DNA of 64,000 nt. Origin: Diadema antillarum (Eukaryota). Position 1 is the first letter of the stretch; every line of letters begins with the position of its first letter. Below the pieces are notes generated by a model. That model ran no database searches. It saw only the letters and a program-made list of their open reading frames with translations, and was not told where the DNA came from. The translations under genes and the position numbers were made by a program. The DNA lies in NCBI RefSeq assembly GCF_040938485.1, contig NW_027271377.1, positions 434,001-498,000 on the forward strand, in the 5' to 3' direction. This document shows, one piece after another, positions 60,011 to 64,000 of the stretch.

Positions 60011-63000
60011 TGAAGATCATCCATCTAGCCATGGAGCATTTGTAGCTCCTATGATCTATAACCAAAGTCGAGGAGGCAGTACAGTCTGTTCCGACACACA
60101 ATTGGGTTACGCCTTCGTATTCATTTCAAAACGGTAAACCGGTCCTGCTTCGCTCATCATCTCCACCAATGCAATGAGATGTCTTTTTTTTTTTTACCGG
60201 CGTTCGTGTTTCTTTCTTACTACTCGAAAATGTTTGAACGAATTCAAACTTTTAGGATGGGCAGCTGTTGTAAAAGGAACAGTCGTTTAGTTTATGGTGG
60301 TAATCCGGATCGTCATTCGGATTCTGGATCTTTTTTCAAGAGATGCATAGACTCTTCTTTGGTGTATATGACCTTGACGGAGGATTTAGCGCGATGAGTT
60401 CTTCTAGGATCTGGTGATACATAACTTAACATGATGTTGTCTGGATAAGGCGTACGATAACTGGTAGATCAAAATATCGTAGACGCATTGTCGGTAGACA
60501 GGGGTTGAACATCTTACACCTATCGTTATGTCTTCAAATACCAAACAAGTCGCATAGATGCCTTTCCCCCATCTTTTGAAAGAGCAGGATAGCTAAGTTA
60601 AATTAAGTAGAAAGAAAAAAGTATTGCTGTTTTTTTTTCTGTTGACATAGTGTCATGTATAAAGAACAAAATACGCACTTTGAAGAGTATATTCCAATGG
60701 CCGTTTCATTGTTAGTCAATGCAAAGTTATACACACTTGTATCGATGTGATGACAAAATAATGACAGTCATGTTTTATGATAAGTCTGAAAATTCCTCTG
60801 CGCGTCGGACGACGGAAGACTATGGCAGAAAATAGGGGTTATCTTAGAATCTGCTTCCAGGCCATTTTCATCGATGTTTCCTGCCTTCTTCTCTGCTCAT
60901 CAGCCTGTTGCTTGGAAGTCGGTGATACGATCCTTTTTTTTGGGGGGGGGGGAGGGGAGGGGTGGGTATAGAGGACCCCATGTTATCGAGTGCAAGAGGG
61001 GGGGAGGTCAATGGTAAAAAGACGTGACAACAATTTACAAGTAAAAATTTGGGTAATGTTCAAATGTTCAAAAGTAGTCATTCGAGTACACATGAATGAA
61101 ACGCCATGGTAACTGTTGGTAAATTTTGTAATATCCCCTTAAAACAGTCGAAATGTATGTAACATTATATTTACCACTGGAACGGGTCGTTCGACCTCTG
61201 CTATCTTTCTAATTTGTCCAATCTCTTTTGTTGGAAATTTCACGAATCTATAGGCAGTTCACTTATGTTGCACCAGAAAAAAAAAATAATGACTCTTCCT
61301 AACCTTTTTTTTTTTCTCAAATAAACGCTGGAAATTTCACGAATCGATAAGAATTTCACTAATGTTACTCCAGAAAACAACCCAAACAACTACACTCTTT
61401 CTATCATTATTTGATTTTTTGTTGCGTCTTCGGGGTATAAGAGAGTCTTGATATAGAGAACAAATGAAAATGAGGAAATATATGTTTTATGGATACGACT
61501 ATCAATATAAGACATAATGATTATTACGATGAATATAAAATGAAGATAACGTGGAATGGTTCCCGTACGAGAAGTGCCATCTTCATGAGAAATAATGCAC
61601 ATGTTGAGAGTTCTGGAAGGAAAGAAAAGACTATATAGTGAGAACATCCACTGTGGTCCACACTGAGAAAGCAAAGCAAAGCAAAGCAAAAAACAACAAC
61701 AAAACTAAACAAAACTAAACTAAACACAACAAAACAAAACAAAACAAAAATAAATTAACAAAACAAAACAAAACAACAAAACAAAAACAAAAATGATAAA
61801 ACTCCACTCGAATTTGGAGAAAGCGAGTGATGTGTGATAACCTCTGTGTATCTTATGATGCACTTTTGCGGCTTGATTAAAAAGGGAAAAAATGATTGGG
61901 TCTTTAAGTTGGATCTGAATAAACGACGTACGTAAATATGCATGTGAAAACATACCATTGTGTTTAGTATTGATGTGTTTAGTATTGATGTATTTACTAA
62001 ATCAAATTAAATGGGTGACATGAAATTAGTCTGACAGGACTGTTTATCTGCACACATAATCTTTGAATTGCACGTGGAACAGAAATTTGGTTTGCATTCA
62101 TTTTAGGCAAGGAGAACTGTTTTAAGAAAACATTCGGCAATATGGCTTTGATATTTTGAACCCCTCAATCACAAGACTTGATGAGTTGTGGGAGCCTTGA
62201 AGCTGCTTGGCTACGGTCGATTATCCATCCAAATAAAACTACCAGCACGTTTGTTACACGGGTTTGCACGTTTTATGGCATATTCCTCTAACGTGCCAAA
62301 CGGTACATTATCGCATTCCACTGGCTGCCACGTGACCTTCAAAAAATAAGAAAGAAAGAAAAAAAAAACTAAACAAAGCAAACAAATTCAACTGTCTGAG
62401 TGGCTTGTAATGACTAGATACGCTAAAGTCAGCATTCCACGCACGCACTGAAATAACGGGACAATCGATTCTTTTCCCAGTACGAATGTTTGTCTGTGGA
62501 TGAATGTTGTACACAGCGTCTGGCGAGCATGTAAATTACACGCGGCGAAAGTTCCGTAGCTGACTAAGCTTGCACATTGATATGCTTGCATGCCCTTTGG
62601 TAGAATAAGGGACTGTAGGCAGTCATAATTATTGTAGCTGTACAACCTGAGGACGTAAGTTCAGGAAAAAAACAACAACAACAACGACAACAACAAAACA
62701 TTTACAGCCGTTACTGATCAGGTAAGAGAATTACCCATATCACCTGGAATATCCATCTGTGAAATGCGCTACGAAACTCTTATCCAGAGGATTTTTCTAT
62801 ATCATGACCTTTTCCAACTTGCAAGGAACCCAATTTACATACTGCTTGTTGCTATGTCAAGCAAGCCTAGGGCGGGCGTTATTTTATAGCCATCTGGCGC
62901 AACCGCTGTGGCAAAGCCAAAGGTACTGCATGCATTTTGACGTAAGATTTGAAAATGACGTGAATAGGCCGGACACGAGGAAATCCATAACATATGATCA

Positions 63001-63867
63001 TTATTCTGCTGATTAGTAGTCTCTTTGCCTGTTGATCGGTGTAATTATTGTTGTTTATATGGACAGAGAATCATTGAACTGAATTTTATTTCAGGTGTTT
63101 TGAAAGTATGTAGATATTCTGTTAGGTATATGCAGTTTGTTTCGTCACCATCGCTGTTCGGTAATCCAGCCGGTGATTTAGCCAGCCTATATTGGCGGCA
63201 GAACAATGCCAGGCACCAACGTGCAAACAACGGAAATCCTCAAGACTGACAAATCGAAACTTACCTTCTTATCCTCTTACTCTTAACTTTAATGAAATTA
63301 GCCACTTTTTCAATCTTTTTATAACTGACAAGATAATGTACTTGAACAGAAGTCCTCTTAACAGCTCATGATTTGCACTTCTTTCCCCAAAACCTTTGAT
63401 GAATCACTACAGAGTATACGCACTGATTGTTAACTAATATTAGTAACAATTTGTATCAATATCTGTTTTTTTAATCAGAAGGATCATGGTCAACAAAAAT
63501 GAAATTTGGTAAAATAGCAGGAGAAGAAGAAGAAAGACACTGAAAACGAAAACATGGGCACATCACCTAGAAAACTCCGTTGTTTCATGACAGCACGGAT
63601 TATTACCATGGTTCTCACTTACCATCAACATCTCTTCAGTTTGAATGACCTTTACATGGGTCATTAACTCATCATTTTCTTTGAAAGAGAGAGAAAAAAA
63701 AAACTCGTCTGTTTTCCTTTGATACTACAGTAAATGCTTAGTGATTACAGGTGCCAATCCCATATACAAGGAGTCCATCAGCGTTTAATTTTTGAGCTTC
63801 ATTTTAATGTCCAAAAAAGTGTTTGACGATACTCTTTGTGTCGCTCACATTATGTCTACACAGTGAT

Positions 63868-63881
63868 GTTGCCATGACAAC
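63868..63881. promoter_or_regulatory. RFX X-box motif GTTGCCATGACAAC
   Basis: Near-canonical X-box, followed by CpG-containing sequence and ATTGG (reverse CCAAT) at about 63905 near the window end. Confidence 0.5.
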
Positions 63882-64000
63882 AAAATCGAGAGCGCGGGAC
63901 ATTGATTGGACGTTAAAAAGCAGCAATTTGGGGCCTAATTTATTGAATGACAGTCGTTTGGCGAAATTTTGGAAGACTCTGGGAGACGAGGTGTGTTAGC

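Noticed and set aside
60860-60910. Other CTGANGA...GAAA combinations as hammerheads (here on the minus strand, and at about 12820-12860)
   Set aside because: No pairable stem II between the two core blocks.

Overview
AT-rich, repeat-dense eukaryotic DNA with three N-gaps. The repeat repertoire (Deu/Nin-domain SINE, Helentron/HINE-type MITE with an internal satellite, many TTAA and TWA MITEs) suggests an echinoderm, probably a sea urchin; this is inference. The only protein-coding gene I can support is the 3' part of a PLEKHA1/2 (TAPP1/2) orthologue on the + strand. Five GT-AG exons (1589-1657, 2806-2870, 4498-4561, 8017-8100, 15807-15845) splice in frame to give most of the C-terminal PH domain and a short tail ending -DTFL*. 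Its introns are packed with nested mobile elements. The best observation is in the long intron 8101-15806, where a decayed RTE-clade LINE carries two later insertions. One is a truncated Penelope-like element with 108-bp inverted ends, each containing a minimal hammerhead-ribozyme core. The other is a 274-bp unit flanked by a 9-bp target-site duplication, with a 33-bp hairpin and a tRNA-like Pol III cassette placed at its 3' end. From about 20 to 64 kb I find no recognisable coding exon. That region holds MITEs, LINE remnants, a hairpin minisatellite with AP-1 and ETS motifs, two RFX X-box motifs, CpG-rich promoter-like patches and scattered splice signals that hint at non-coding or 5'-UTR exons. 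None of the ORFs in the supplied track is a convincing intact gene.
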